This document shows, one piece after another, positions 25,701 through 40,700 of a stretch of 64,000 nt of DNA. A model generated the notes under the pieces. It was not told the origin of the DNA, searched no databases, and saw nothing but the letters and a program-made list of their open reading frames with translations. A program made the translations under genes and the position numbers. Each line of letters starts with the position of its first letter. Within the stretch, counting starts at the first letter, position 1. This DNA comes from Rhizaria sp. SCN 62-66 (Eukaryota): positions 1 to 64,000 of the forward strand of contig MEDY01000089.1 of the NCBI GenBank assembly GCA_001724265.1. Reading direction: 5' to 3'.

Positions 25701-28700
25701 TCCTGTTGTTGCGGATGCTGGCTACAACTACCGCTATGAATCCCGCTCGATCCGATTCGGCCCAATCACCATGTTACGATCCACGTACGTGAGCATGTAC
25801 ACAAATTACACGAGTGGTGCCGCGTTCAAGCTTGTTTACTCCAGTCTAACTCAGTCGATGCTAAACTCTGACTTTGATAGCTCGGTGTTGGATCCTCTCG
25901 AGAATGTCCCGCAGTACAATGTTGCACTGTACTCAAAGTATATTCAAGCCTCGACGTTTACGAATATCACTTCTAACCCTCCATCACTCATGACAAAATC
26001 TCATCACAGTTATATTGTGAAGGTGTTTCTGGCGCGGCGTGCGATGACAATCACTATGTCCGATATCTTGCTTACGAATATCGGTACAGCCTCATCTATT
26101 TCATCAACGTCAACGTGTTCGTCTATCACAAGCTCTAAGTTGACCGCTTGTAGTGTCGTAGCATCCAATTTGATGGAGTACACATTCTACCAGCTGTATA
26201 TCACAATACCATTTGAATCAACGACTTTTGCTGCTGCCAACTCCAAGATCACATTCAATGTCACATATTTTGTCATTATGTCCAGTCTCCTCTACCCAAC
26301 GCCGCAATCAGCACGCGTTTCCGCGGTGGTGCTTTACCCCCTTAATTCTCTTAACCAGCCGTTTGCGTACGACCTTCGTCTTGCCGGCGCAGCATGGTCA
26401 GGCTCAGATATAGTCGCGGACCTGTATTTGTTTGTGTATCCTCTCGCTGCGGACATCTTAACTCCTTTTCTGCTCACGTTTAACACGGACTGCGGGGTGT
26501 TTCAAGCTACAACGAATATCACTCTGTTCAATCAACAATCAACTACAACATGCGATGCCCGTTACACATTCGGATTTCAGAATTTGACACTGCCCGCCGC
26601 GTGCATGGGCTTACCACAGCCGCTGTATGCAGGGTTCCGCCTGGGTCAGGCATACAAGCTCGCCAACGCGTTGTCATCTTCCTATGTCACGGCCGGTGTC
26701 ATTCCTCAGACATGTTTTAACATGACAAGCTCAGCGTCTTCAGCGTATATTTTAAACCCGGTCTCAGCCGTGCCTTTTCCAAATTTACCGCCCAAGAATT
26801 ACTTTTACTACGACATCACCTTTACACGCGATTCATCCGCGGCACAGCAGCGTCTGCAGCTTGACTTGCGTCTCGTCATGACTGAAGTCGTGACAGAGAC
26901 TTCTGCCGCGCTGTACATTGTCATCGACACCACCACGGCGGGCTGCTCGCAGTACAACAGCTTTTACGCCACGACCATGACGCTGCAGGGCCCTGCCACT
27001 TTAGGCTGTGCCGCGTCAGCAGCGCTCACTTCTTCACTCGCAGTGACGTGCTCGTTCAGCGCGGGCAAGGTCGTGCCCGGTGATGCTTTCTCCTTTGGCT
27101 TCAAGCACGTCGTGCAGCCTTCTTCGACTTCTTCTCCGGCGAGTCTCGACCTCGAGCCCACAATCCCCGCCAGCTGTCTTGCTGTCGAGTGGCGCAAGAA
27201 CACCAACGTCTACAAGGGCGTCGCAGTGCGGCCTGCTTTTTCGACCGCGGCGCATTTCAGCACGTCGATCAGCTACGCGCTAGCGTCCGATGTCTCTAAG
27301 TACGGCGCTGGACTGCAGTACATGCTTCAGCTCACGCTGTATGACTTCAAGATGACGCCGAATCACCCGTTTGTGTACATGCTTTCACTGCCTGTGGACT
27401 GCGACTACGACTTTAGCTACTTTGATTCGACAACATATGTGGTGAGTTTCTCTTGGCGCATTACTTATATCTCGCCCCGCGTCGTCGAGTTTAGCCAAGA
27501 GAATGCATCTTCTGGATTCTACCTGACGACGACAGTTTCGAACATGCGCTTCCCGGTTACACGTCGTTACGACAGCATTTACGCTGGCGTCAACCCCTTT
27601 AACATTCTGACAATGAGCTCGCGCGAGATTGCCACTGGTACTATTCGGGTCCACGCACTGCCTCCGCTCACTTTACCGGCACCGTTGACGCAAACAATTG
27701 ACTTGTACTCATCGTCTGTACAAGACACATTCTTAACTAGCAATTCATCGAGTATAACATCTTCCTCCACGACACTAACAAATTATACTCGGGGTTACAC
27801 GGTATACTTTAGCTTGTCCTACACGGTCCCCGGACCGTTTCAGCAGCTGTTGTATGTTCAATTGCCGACTGTTAGTTTTGACTACTCTCTTGCTGATTAC
27901 AGTTTCTACTACCCCGGCTTTGCTTCTGCGTATGTCGCTGTGCCTGCAGATGCTATCATTAAGTTCGCCATCCCAACAGCGATGTACAATAACACAGATT
28001 GTCGTATTTTTGTGCGCAAAATGATTCCCACTAAGACAACCACAGTGCGCAGGGAAGCAGTCATTTTGTCTATTATGGATAAGAGGATGACATCCTATGG
28101 CGGATCAACTGCGACATACCCTGCGCGCGTCCTTTCGTTGGGTTATAGCAGTAGCGCGCTCACAACTGCTATCGCGGTCTCTTTGGCATCAACGGGAACC
28201 TCTGTGCGTGCCTCGGTGTACAAGGTCGACCCGTGCACGCGCGTGACGGACCCTTCGACGACGGATTTTACGATTAAGTGCACGGTGTGGCCTCTCGGGA
28301 TGACTGACTATTTCGCGCAAGATATCTCGTTTCGGTCCATGATGCGGCCCGGCAACGCGGCTGTCGATCAAACCCTGGCCACGCTTACGTTTATTAGGGC
28401 CGACCGTATTTGGCCCTCGGCGTCGCCCGCGCCGTGCGTCCCGACGAACGCGGGGGATCTGGTGGTTCCAATGGCAGCGTGTTACGCCGACATCACCCAC
28501 ACAAGTCCTAAGTTTGAAATTATTTATAGCATGTCGTTTTTGCCGATCAACCAGTATATTGAGCTCCAAATCTACAAGCACAATTTTGGCGATATCATGA
28601 TGAGCTTCATTATCGACCCTGTTGCGGGTCCCATTTTTGACCTCCCGTACTCCAATTTCTCGTTTGCAGCGCCCGACTTGACCAGTGCCACGTCCAACCT

Positions 28701-31700
28701 GGTGCCTATGTCGCTCACCGTTGCCCCACCGTTCTGGAATGCGAATTCGACCACGTACGCGGTTGAGTTCGCGATCGAGGGCGGGAATAACGGTGTGTAC
28801 ATCCGTGGTGGCCCGGTCTTTAGGTTTGTGGCCGTGAACGGCACTGAATGTTCGATCTCTTGTGCGCCTTTAGACGCGAATCCTATCAACACAAACTTTT
28901 ACAAGCGTTACTTGTGCGCGCTCTGGACCGCCTGCACGCCTGCCACGCCCACGTGGACCATCAGCTCGACGAATATTGCATACTCGGGTGCTATTTCTAG
29001 CGAGCGCGCGCGGCTGCGGATCTCGATCCAGGCCGAGTGGCTGCTCTCTGGCGAGAAGCGCACAGTGTACCAGACCACAATCGCGTTGCCAGCACCGATG
29101 TCACCTCCGATGTCGCCGCCGATCTTGAGTTCACTGATCATCACTTCTTCCCAGAGTTATTTCACTCTTTCGCCGAGCATATGCTCGCGTGGTGATATGA
29201 TTGCTGAAACTAACGACATCGTGCGACTGACGCTTCCTCCCTCTTCGCGCACGGCTGGACGATTTCCGCTGTTGTCCACTGGGTTCTCATTCCGGACGTT
29301 AAATGAATCATCAACGCCATCTTACACCTATCCGAGCGCAACCGTTTCCTCTCCTCTTCGGTCTTTCTCGTTTCCTATTACATCCGCAGTTATGCAGGCG
29401 TGCCAAGACGGCATCTCCATGAGCGTAATTTCGATGACTGGTCCGCACTATTACGAGCCCGGTGAGCAGATTCTCGTCGAGCTGCTCGACCCCGCTGGTA
29501 GCTGCCGCGCTGCGTCGGCTCTGACCGTGCCAGCAATCTTCCCGACCTATAGCACGGGAGGGATGCCGCTTTCTTTTACGACATTGACTTATATGAACCG
29601 CGACATCTCATATGCCACTGTCTCGCTCTCCAGCACCTACACTGCTACGCGTACTGCCGCCAGCGAGATGGAGATCCGAGTGAGTTTTGGGCCCGAGTGC
29701 TTCTTCTCGCCCCACGTCAGCAAAGGTGCGCTTGATCTGACGTACTACGCCGCAGTTGTTAAAATCCCCGCGGATGCGGCCCCGCCCGCGGGCAGCTTCG
29801 CGGCGGCCGCGCTGGCCCGCGCGCCCTACCGCTCGATCCCCGTGCCGACCGTGAGTGTGATGCCCGACAACTCCACGTCGACGGGTGTCAAGATCCCCGG
29901 CGTGATCTGCGTTTACGGCAGCACTGTGACAGCCACGGTCGAGTTCTACGCCTCTCCGCTTGCGTCAACCCCGCTCACACGGGTCTCCGGCAATGTGTCG
30001 ACGAGTGGGTTTACCTCCACAGGAGGCCTCGTCCGCGTTATCAATGTCAACTATCACGCTCTCGGGAGCTACCCGACCGGTATCTTTGCGCCGGAGCTCG
30101 CAACCTACCCCGGTCCTAACTCAGCGACACCGTTCGATGTCATGATGCAGGTCAGCTTCTTCCACGGCGTCCCGCCGGGGTTTAACGTCGAGTTTGTCTT
30201 CAACTGGTGCCTGCTGTCCGGGCTCGACACCGCGCGGCTGTACGACCCCGAGGTGGGCGCGTTTTTGCCCATGTCGGCGTACACGTACACGCCGTTTGCA
30301 ACCGCCCGGCGCGGGTCTTTCTTGCTGCCCGATGGCTGGCCCTCTGGTGCGCCGCTGAACATGTTGATCAGCAACGTGTCGGTCGACGTGAGTTCTCTCA
30401 CATCGGGCTCACTCGTCACGATCAGCGTTGTGCGCGTGCAGTTTACCGATAGCAACTCACTGATGCATGCCACCAATTCCTACACCCCCTTCCCGATGCG
30501 GACTGACTGGACAGTGGACTTCGCCACGGCGGCCGTCAACCTCATCCCCCACGCCCCCACCGGGAGCAACTACGGCCGCGGGTTCGATCTGAGTCTCACG
30601 TTTTCGGTTAGTGCACCGATGTCATTATCGACCTCTATCGGCTCGTATGTGCGCGTTTCCTTTAAGATTCCTGAGTACATCGGTCTGACCGACGCGCAAG
30701 CCAAGCTGTTGGTGCCCACTCGTACGTCGTGGTTGCAGCAGTCGTACACGTGCGGCGGCGCGGGTCCCTACCTGATCACGGGCAGCTTTGACTGGGGGCT
30801 GTCTCCGATCGACATGTCTGACGCTTCCAACACCACTACTCTCGCTGGGACGTCGCGCACGCGCTATGTCACTTTCCGGGCTAACGTTTATTATGGCACT
30901 ACCCTGTCGGTGCCTGCGGGCACGGAGTGTGTGTTCAACTTTGCCGGGTATTACACCAAGTCCTTGAGCAGCACGTTCCGCGACTTTGCGCTCCGCAACC
31001 CCGCAGTGCTGACTTTCAAATACTTGATGTCCTCCAATTCCTACTTCTACCAGAGGGAGGTCGCCATCAGCCCCGCCGCCTCAGACGTCGCCGCCACGCC
31101 ATCCATCGCACCCTTCACCTCGGTCACGCTGCGCTGGGCTTCGTTCCCGCAGCACGTGGCACAGACCACCGCTTTTCCGCTCGCCGGCTCCGACTGGGGC
31201 TACCTGTCCCGCGCGCGCATCGTGCCGCTGGTGGGCCCGCGGTACGACTTCTTCCCCCGCAGCGGCGCCAAGAACACCGAGGGTTACGCCGGTCTGGGTC
31301 CCGAGTTCGCGATGGTCGTGCCCGTCAAGGTTTCCGCTGTGGCACCTGCGGCCGCTACGGGGCTGTGCGTCACGCTGCCGGTCGGCGTGTCCACCTTGCT
31401 GTCGCCGACGAGCGAGCTGCTGTTCCACGTCGTCGGCAAGACTGGCGTCAGCTCGTGGGCCGCTGAGGCCGCGACGGTCAAGCTGTGCTCCGCCACGGGC
31501 CTGCCCGCGGCGGCCGTCGCGCTGTCGCACGGCGCGGGCCTGGTGCTCAGCCCCGTCTCCGGCGGCTCTTTCTCACTCGCCGACCTTGTCCCCACAAACT
31601 GTCTGTGCACGAGCTCGATGCCCGCGACCATGGCGAATCGGACGGCCACGGACACAGTGCTTATCGGCGTCTCGGGCCTCCGCATCGCTAGCTACAACGG

Positions 31701-34700
31701 TCTTATGAGCGAGGAGCCTCTGGCGCGCGCCGCGCTCTTTTCGCTCTTCTTGACGTCGAACAGCAACACTGTTGTGGTGCCCGGGACGCTGTCGAGTGTG
31801 CCGTCGCAGCCGCCGGCGCGCAACCGCATCTTTGCCCCCACGTGGTAGCCCGCCACGGCGTCGACGATGACGGCGATCTCTGGCAATCCCGCGACCTCGG
31901 CGGTGGCCATCTCCCCGAGCGGACTGCTGATTTACGCCACGACGGCAACGACGATGTACGTGTCGCGCATCAAGGCGTTGACGCTGAACATGTCCACTCC
32001 GGAGGTGCCGCTCTTCCGCCGCATCGATCTCGACACCTCGTACAGCAGCGGCTGGACAAGCATCTTTGTCGACACCGTCGGCCGCCGTCGCGCCATCACG
32101 GTCGCGCCCGACGACACGACGCTGTTCGTCAATGTCGACAACACCGTGCTCTTGGTGCTCGAGACTAACGGCAAGGACGGTATTTTGATCGCACGCGTGA
32201 CCCTTCCGACCGTCGAGTCCCCCGGTCCCTCGGCCACGTTCAACGGTGGCACGGAATTGCCCATTTTTGCGCCGCAGCTTTTGGGCTGGACCGAGCGCTC
32301 TCGCACCAACGCTACCGCGGTGGCGAGCGTCGTTGTCGCCGTCGGCCCCGTGCTGCACCGCTACGGATTGTTTTACGACAACACGGTTCAGTTCATCGCC
32401 ACGGAGCGGCCGCTGCCCGTCGCGTCCGGCTACGTCTCCTACGCCACCGCGCTCGCGTCTTTGCCGTCCGGCAACGGGTTTGTGGTGTGTTACAAGACCA
32501 CTTTCCAGCTCGGTGACTACGGCGCCAACTGCTTCAAGAGTGCGCGCTCTGACGGTCTTGCCACGCAAATCGTGACGAATCTCTACTCCAACGCCGCGGC
32601 GGGTGCCTGGGTCACCGCGATTGACGTATGTACGCCCTCCAGCTCCGGCGCAGACGATGCCGGCGGTGATGGCGGCGGCGACTGCGTTTTCCTCGCCCTC
32701 CGTTTGTCTTACACTCGCACATCTCTATTGAACCCCAATATTGTCTCAAACACTGACTCGACCACGGGCAACTCAATCATCCGCCTCACCGCCAGCACAA
32801 CCGGCGTTGTCGTCGCCAGCCAGGCTGCGATGGTGCCCGGCGCGCCAATCATCGACCTGAAGATTACATCGGGCGCCAACATGCTGATGCTGCTGCGCGC
32901 CTCGGCTGGTGCTTCGGGCGCCACGCAGGTCGCCGGGCTCACCGTGCTCGCGCGCGTGGCCGCCGGCGTGTACCAAGCCATCGGCACGCCGCTGCAACCG
33001 GTGGCCTCGGATACGCTGTCGCAGTCATCAGCGAGCGCGGCGATGTTCACGCCGCAGATCGTGGCGACGGCGGACCGGGAGTCGTTTCTCGTCGCGGCGG
33101 GCGGAAAAACATCCACGTGGTTCAGCTACTTGCTGACGCCTGTGCTGAACATCGCGACCCTCACGTTGCCGTCCAGCGCACAACTGAAGCTGAGCTACTA
33201 TGTGTGGGGAACGAACACGACCAATTTGTTTACCACGTCCACGCTTCTTTCGCTGAATGACACGACCGTGGAGGTCTCAGGTAACTATCGGATGGCTAGC
33301 TATGTTTCGACTGCGTGTACTGACATCACTAGCAACTGTAACGTAACTCTATCACAGAACCCGGGTGATGTTGTAGGCAACTTTTCCGACGTCATGGTCG
33401 ACCTTCCTTCGCCGTATACATCACAACTGTCTTTGAGCAATAAGCCCCGGCCTGGGTTTTCGACTGCAGCGAGCGTGTTCACGTTGCCCACTGTCGCGCG
33501 TGCGCTTCTACGAGAGATGCTGGTTCCGCACATCATCGCTATTGCTGACGTCGTTCCGACCACTGAGGTGAGTTGGTTTGACACTTCGATGACTGGTTCT
33601 AACTTTGGCGGTAGCGGTGTGCGTAACGTTATTGCTGCCTGGTATACGAATCCTGTGTTTGGCGCTACCACGAAACTCAATATCATTTTTGCGCCGCAGC
33701 TCGCAACTAACAACATCAATTACTTTACGCTTACAATTCCTCATGGTGCAATGAGCTCAAGCCTGGTCACTTTTACGGCTCTGAACACCGGATGGTACGC
33801 GAACTTCTCGTGCTTGCCAGTTACCTCGACCAACAAAAAGCAGGTCTTGTGCACCCGTGTTTGGAATTCCGCGGCACCCGTTGCCAATCAAACCTACGTG
33901 TTCCACGCTGTATTCCCCGTCGTTCTATCGTCGCCGAGCTCTTTAGACACGCCGACCGACGGCGCCACCGCTGTGCTTGCCATGAAGGACGGCTTGTCCG
34001 ATACGGTCGCCAACAAGGCTGTGGCTTCTGCGTTTTACTCGCACACGCCGCTCTACGTGCCGCCCAATCAGATTCCCGCGGGCTACTTTGGCCACACACA
34101 CCGCACCCGCATTGCACTGCTGCCTAACTCAACGGTGGACCTCTCGTGGATCGCGCGCGGCAAGACGCTGTGCTACGCGTTCGCAGCCAACCACCGCGGC
34201 TGCTTCCACAACGAAATCTTCAGCTCGGAGATCCGCGGTGACCTTACTGCGGCCGCAGTGAGCGCGACGGCGCCGCTGAACAGCAACTCGGCCGCGTACA
34301 GCGCGCACGGCACGCTCGTGAGCATCGTCACTTCTGCCGACTGGACCTACGCGGCGATACGCTTCTACACCAACGCCAACCGCGCGCCGCAGGCCGTGCC
34401 GGAGACGTACCAGTACGCTGACTTGCCGTTTGACCCGGCTCTGTTCCATGAGCGCCTCGGCTACAGCAATCGGTCGCGCATTCATGTTGTGCAGTCTGCA
34501 GAGGCGTTCGGCGCGATTGTCATCGTCCACAACGACGCGTTTAACGTCGTTATGCTGGCGCGCCTGAGCTCGCACACGCTGCGCGCATCAGGCCGCGCGC
34601 AGAGTCTGACGGCGGAGCTGATGAAGCGCATGATGACGCCCATCAGCTTTGCGCCGCCCGCATCGCTGGGCACCGGCGTGCCCGTGTCAGCCGACTCGCT

Positions 34701-37700
34701 CGTGGCCGTGCTCGACTGGACGGCTCCCACTATGCTGTCCCCTGCAGTCGAGCCCAGCACGCGCATCGTGTTCATCTTTAAGTCCGGCGCGGTCGTCATG
34801 TGCACGGCCACAATCCGCAACACGGTCTTTGCGGACCGCTACGCCAGCGACATCACGGTCGACAGCGTCAACATGGCTTGCCCGCCCGCACTGGCCCTCA
34901 CGGTGACGGCGTCGGCCGCCGACAGCACGCCGCTACGACCCACGTCGGCGGTGATTAACCGCGCGTCAGGTTACATTTACATCGGCACGCGCGAGGGCAA
35001 GGTCGTCGTTCTGGCGCTGGAGGTTCAGAGCCAGAAAATCGTCACGACGCCCAACGTCGTTCAGACGCTACAGACGGCGTGTCCGGTCGCCGCGATGGCG
35101 CTCCACCCCACCGGTTACTTGCTCACGGTTGCCTGCGCTTCGTCGCGCGAACTCATTCCTTTGCGCATCGTGTCCTCTGACGATCTCTATCGTTACATTT
35201 ACCGTGATGACCAGTTTGTCGGCTCTTTGACTCATGTGCCACTGACTCCCACGCGTGACCACAGTGCTCTAAACACATTGCCGCTGAATATGTCGCTTGC
35301 ACAAGCTTCCATCAACTCCGGAATTACGACGTACATCAACGGTTTTCCTTACTACTCGCGCAAGACACTGTTCCGCTCCATCTCCGGCATGGCTTACATG
35401 CCCAACGGCGCTTATCTTGCTGTCATGGGTAATCTTTCTACAAGCGCGGTGTCCGCGCAACAGGCGCACATTCAGTTCTTCCGCTCTGTGGAGGAGGTGC
35501 CCGCCCAGTTCTCGATCGTCGGCAGCATAAACATGGGGGCGACATCCGACTGGCGCATCAAGGTCGAACACTTCGGCACGTATAACATGTTTAAACCGAG
35601 TGGGTTCGCTGCGGGCCTGTCACACTACTGTGCTGTGACTGCTCCAAGCACCACAGTTTTGCCATCAAATAGCGCATATATTCCATTGAATTCGACGTTG
35701 AATGGCAACGTAAACTCACAATTAAGCACCACATTTGTCAGCTATACTTCGTCTCCCCTACCCACTCTGCGATTCTTTGTGGATGAGAACAACACTATTG
35801 GCTCTGAGCGACTCAGTTGGACGTTAGGGCTTAACAGCGTCAAGAACCCTGCGACAGAGGACTTGAATAAGGTTCAGGGACCCTGGCTGTCATGCAGCGC
35901 GTATGTCTTGCAACAGGACGTGTCGAGCCCGTTTTGGGGCGCGAGCGGTTATACGCCTGCGTGGACAGGGTCGGCGACTCTCTTGTCGAGCACTGACGGC
36001 GCGGTAAGCTACGACACCTTTATTACCAAGGTTTACGGAATGAATACCTACATGAACTCATATTGGTCAATGACCCCCTACATCAACACGCCCGGCATGG
36101 ACGACAGTGTGTCGACGTTCGGTCTGGCCCAGACGATTCCCTTTGTGTTGCTCTCTGACTCTAAGACGGCGGTCGCCCGCGAGTTTTTCATCCGCGTTGT
36201 GGCCAGGTTTCCCGGTGAAACCGATGAATCGGAGCCCGCACCGCACTGCACTCTCTCCGGTAGCAACCAAGGCATTGTGGTGGTATTTGCGCTTGGCGAC
36301 AACATGTCCACGAGCTTCAACTTCCGCTGCACTGTCTCCAGCAAGGCTAACATGCCGTACGTGATTGAGGCCACACCCTGGGTTGGCGGCCTCACCACTG
36401 GCCACGCTGTGGGCGAGCCATTCCTTCTCTGGCGCGAAATCACCGTCACCGCGCTGTTCACACTGGTTACCAAGACCGTGAGCCCGCTTGACGGCGTGAC
36501 CATGGACGTCAACGCCGAATACTACGTCGCCGGGGTCCCGGTCGAGATCTGGCTGCAGTCGGACTCGCCGTGGACGCAGCCCTCGGTGGAGGTCATGATC
36601 GACACCGAGGCCGCCGGGGGCGTGTGCGAGATCCGCGCGCTGCCGCAGTGGGGGTATGTCGCGACACCCACCACCACGGCGTACGTCACCGTTTACTCGG
36701 AGCAGGCGACGGTGGACCCCGCGCTCAACGCAGTGCTCGTCGCCACAATGACGTGCAGGGACCGGATCCCGGACCCCGGCTTTGTGGTCTCACACACCGT
36801 GCTCGCCTCGGGCGCGACCGGAGACCTGCTGCCCGCGCGCCCCGTCAAGGGCGGCGTGTTTATCTCCGCCTTGAGCATGGAGTACCCATTCGAGATCGCC
36901 GTCTCGTTGCCGCCGGCGCCCGTGGAGGTCACGCTGCTGGCCGTGCCCAAGCCCACGATGAGCGAGGTCACGGTCTCGCTTGAGCTGCTGCGCAACGGGC
37001 TCCCGCTCGCGGTGCCCTGCTCGCTCGCCGCGGGCCCCGGCCAGCCCGGCGACGGCGTTGTTACCGCCGCGCGCCAGGTCACGATGTCGGTGTACATCTC
37101 CGAGGAAGTCTACCCGACGACGCTGTTGACGTGCACCGGGCCCGTGGCGCCCAGCGACTTGGTCACGCTGCACATTGCTTTCCCCAACAACACGGGCGAC
37201 TACGTCGTCATTTCCTACACCCCGATCTCTGCTTGGATCCTTTCATCGATCGGCATCGTGCCTGTGCAGGCGCCTCTGGCATCCGCGCTGCGTCCCGACT
37301 TCCTCCCCGTGCTTACCCCGGTGTGGGTCGAAGTCGCGCCGTCCGTGTACCAGAACGAAGGCGTCACCACGACTCTTACGTTCACCACTGTGCCTTTAGT
37401 CCTGGTCAACGGCACAGTGCTCTACAACGAGCTCTGCGCATTTGCGTCCGCAGACTACTTGGACACTGTTTTCCGTGACGCGCGCACTGCTGCAGGCTAC
37501 AACGCGCTCCTTTCGGCCGGCGTGCTGGTTTATTCTCTCCGCGCGACCTTCGGTCTGCAGCAGAGCGCCGCGCGGATGGCCGTGCTCATGGTCTGCAGCG
37601 ACGCCGCGATCGCGTCGGCCGAGTTCGCCGGGCTCTCCAGTGGCTTCCAGAACGGCAACTACATCACTGTGTCTGTCTCGCGCGCCGCCGGAGCGTATCT

Positions 37701-40700
37701 CTACGCGCCGCGCCTCGCGCGCCACAACGAGTCGTTCTCGTTCTTCCCCATGCCGCGCATCGGCGTCACGGACACAACGCGCTCCGCGTACGCGCTCGAG
37801 CCAGGCTCCGAACCCTTCTCCGAGCCGCAGACGGACGTGTACCTAAACGAGGAGGGCCCCGCGGTGCTGACGCTGGACTGGACGTTCCCGCCGGGACGCG
37901 AGAACCCGTGGGTGATATTCATCTACCCGCGCGAGCAGTGGACGTGTTATTTTGGCGACGACGCCAATGCGTCGACTCTTGAATTTGTCGTTCCCACGAC
38001 CAACGGCACTGACGTTGGCTCGTTCACATTCAATTTCTCCTGCCCAGCGCTGCGCCAGAACGAGACCTTGACGACGACTGTGTACGACGGCTCTAGCGGC
38101 GAGCCGTTCATCATGTGGTGGGATACGCTCAAGCTCCGCTTCCGCGGCCGCGTCACAGCCACCGCATCGCCGCCCCCTCACATCGCGGGCGACGCGGTGT
38201 TGAACCTCAGCGACCCCTGGTCGACGGTGATCTTCCCGTTGGTAACTGTGATGCAGGTCACGTTTGCGTTTGCGCCGCCGCTATTCGTGACCACGGTCTT
38301 CCGGCTCTCGTTCAGCAACCCGACGGCGGAGTGCGTGATTGTGGAGACGAACCTCGAGTCTCACGTGTTTAACGTGTCTCAAGGCGCCGACGCGCTGGCT
38401 GTACTGATTTCGTGTCTCTACCCGGCCGCGATTCCCCCGCAGATCCTGCTCGAGGCTGAGGTCGCTGAGACTGGCAACTTCGAACCCTTCGCGAGCTCCG
38501 CTCTGCAGACGCAGGGCGTGATGACGCTTACGATCCTGTCGCTCACCACCGGGGCTCAAGTCCCGCTCGCTGACTATAGCGAGGGCCTCGTCGCCGCTCT
38601 TACGTACACGATTACGGGCGTCTTCACGCCGGCGCCCAAGGTCCCGCAGACGGTGAACCTGACGCAGATCATGCATCCCGCCAACTGCGTCTTTACGCTC
38701 CCAGGCTCCGCGCTCGACAAGGGCGTCGCCGCGGCCGAGCCGCTGTTTGTGCAGGTGCAGCCGAGCAACGACTTCGTCGCGCTCATGGTCTGCCGCCGCG
38801 CCCACTCGCTGGGCTCGCTCATCGCTCTCAGCTCCAACGCGTACGAGGGCGGCAACATCGGGCCCTGGCCTGTGTACGGCCGCATCGGCATCGACATGCT
38901 CTCGCCCGCGGCCGCTGCGGCGCAGGGCCTGGCGCTGACGGCGTCCGCGGCGATGAAGGATGTTACGGACCTTGCTTCACGCGCGCTGCTCTCCCTAACG
39001 CCGATCCCCGTCGCCGCGACACCGCTGCCGACGCCGTACTTCCTGCGCGCGCCCGTCGCTAACACCACCGTATTCCGCCTCCGCATGCTGCCGCCCGTCA
39101 TCGTGCGCACCACCGTGCGCATGTCCATGGTCTCGACCGCGGGCGCGTGCGGCTTTACGTCCGTCGACGCCGGCATCACCACCGTCTCGAGCTCGCTACA
39201 GATCCCGCTCGTGCTCGGCGACATCTCGCAGACGTTCCTCGTGTCGTGCAACGCCACGACGTTCGAGAGCGTGCGGCTGCTCGCCGAGGTCATCACGGGC
39301 TCGCTGCACCTGCCGCAGCTGTCGGCGCCGCTGCTCGTGCGCGGCACCGTGCTGTTTAAGACAACGCCTTCGTCAAGCCCGACATCGGTCGTCATCGCTC
39401 AGCCCTTCCAGGTACGTTTTATTTCTCATACTGATCACTTCTATTTCTAAACTTACAAATCCGTGCCATTTCCACCATTGCTATTTTAAATACTACTTGC
39501 ATGCTTCATACTTTTTTCTTTATTTTATTCTCTTGTAGGGAGAGATGGTGGCGACTCGTGACTGGATCTTCAGTCTTTCTCTGACTCCTCACGCTTCGTC
39601 CAACATTACCCTGCACATCGTCATGCGCTCTTCCTCTGCATCCGACCTGAAGCAGCCCAACTGCGCGTTCCGTCTGGCGACAGATGTCGTGCCGTACGCG
39701 CAGCTCGACTACTCGACGCCGTTCGAGCTCGTGTTTACATCCGCGATGCTCTCCGTCGACGTCGTCGCCAACTGCCGTGGCGAGACGCAGTCGAACCCTG
39801 CGCAGCTCACGATCTCCAACGACGACACGGACATGCTGTACGACCGCTTCGAGAGCGGCAGCTTCCGCGTCCGCGGCGCGCTGTGGCTCGAGGACGCCGC
39901 GCTGGACCGCAACCCCACGGTGCCGAACTCGACGGCGATCACGCTGCAGCGCGTGCCTGTGATGGCCGTGCACGCCGTGCGCTTCCGCCTCGCGCCAATG
40001 CTCGCCGAACCCGCTGCTTTCGTTTTTTCGACTGTGGTGGACTCTGATTGCTCGCTCAGCGTCGAGAACATCACGACGTCGCTGTTTTCCTCCGTGTTGT
40101 CTGCGACGTTCCCCGCGGGCACGAGCGAGACCATCATTTTCCTGTACTGCGCGCGCACGCTTGCACAGATGTCGCTCACCGTCACTGTCGCGAACGCGAG
40201 CTCCCCGGCGTTCTACGCGGGCTACACGACCAACCCGTTCACGGTCGAGTCGCGCTTCAATATGCCTACGCTGCCCGCCGCGGTGCACGTGCAGGAGCCG
40301 AACAAGCTGACTGTGTCATTCCTGCCCGTGGACGCGCTTAACGTCATCAGCCGCACGGTCCGCGTGGCCATCACCGTCGACAGCATGTTCACCGACTGCT
40401 ACGCCGCGCCCCTCAACACCGCCACGGGCGGCGTGCCCGACGCGGCCACGTGGGTGCGACTCGCGACTGCGGCGATGGAGATGACGGTGAAGAGCGCGCT
40501 GAGCTTCGACTTCTGGTTCAAGTGCCTTAAGTACACGCACGTCAACAACGGCTCACAAGTCGCAGACTCAGTCGTCCCGCGCATCGTCATCAAGCGTCTC
40601 ACGGGCACCGCGTTCATGCAGTACATGTCCCCAGAGGTTCAAATTTCGCTCATTGACTGTCTGCCCCTGGCTGCGATTACGAACGGCACCGCCTTGTACA

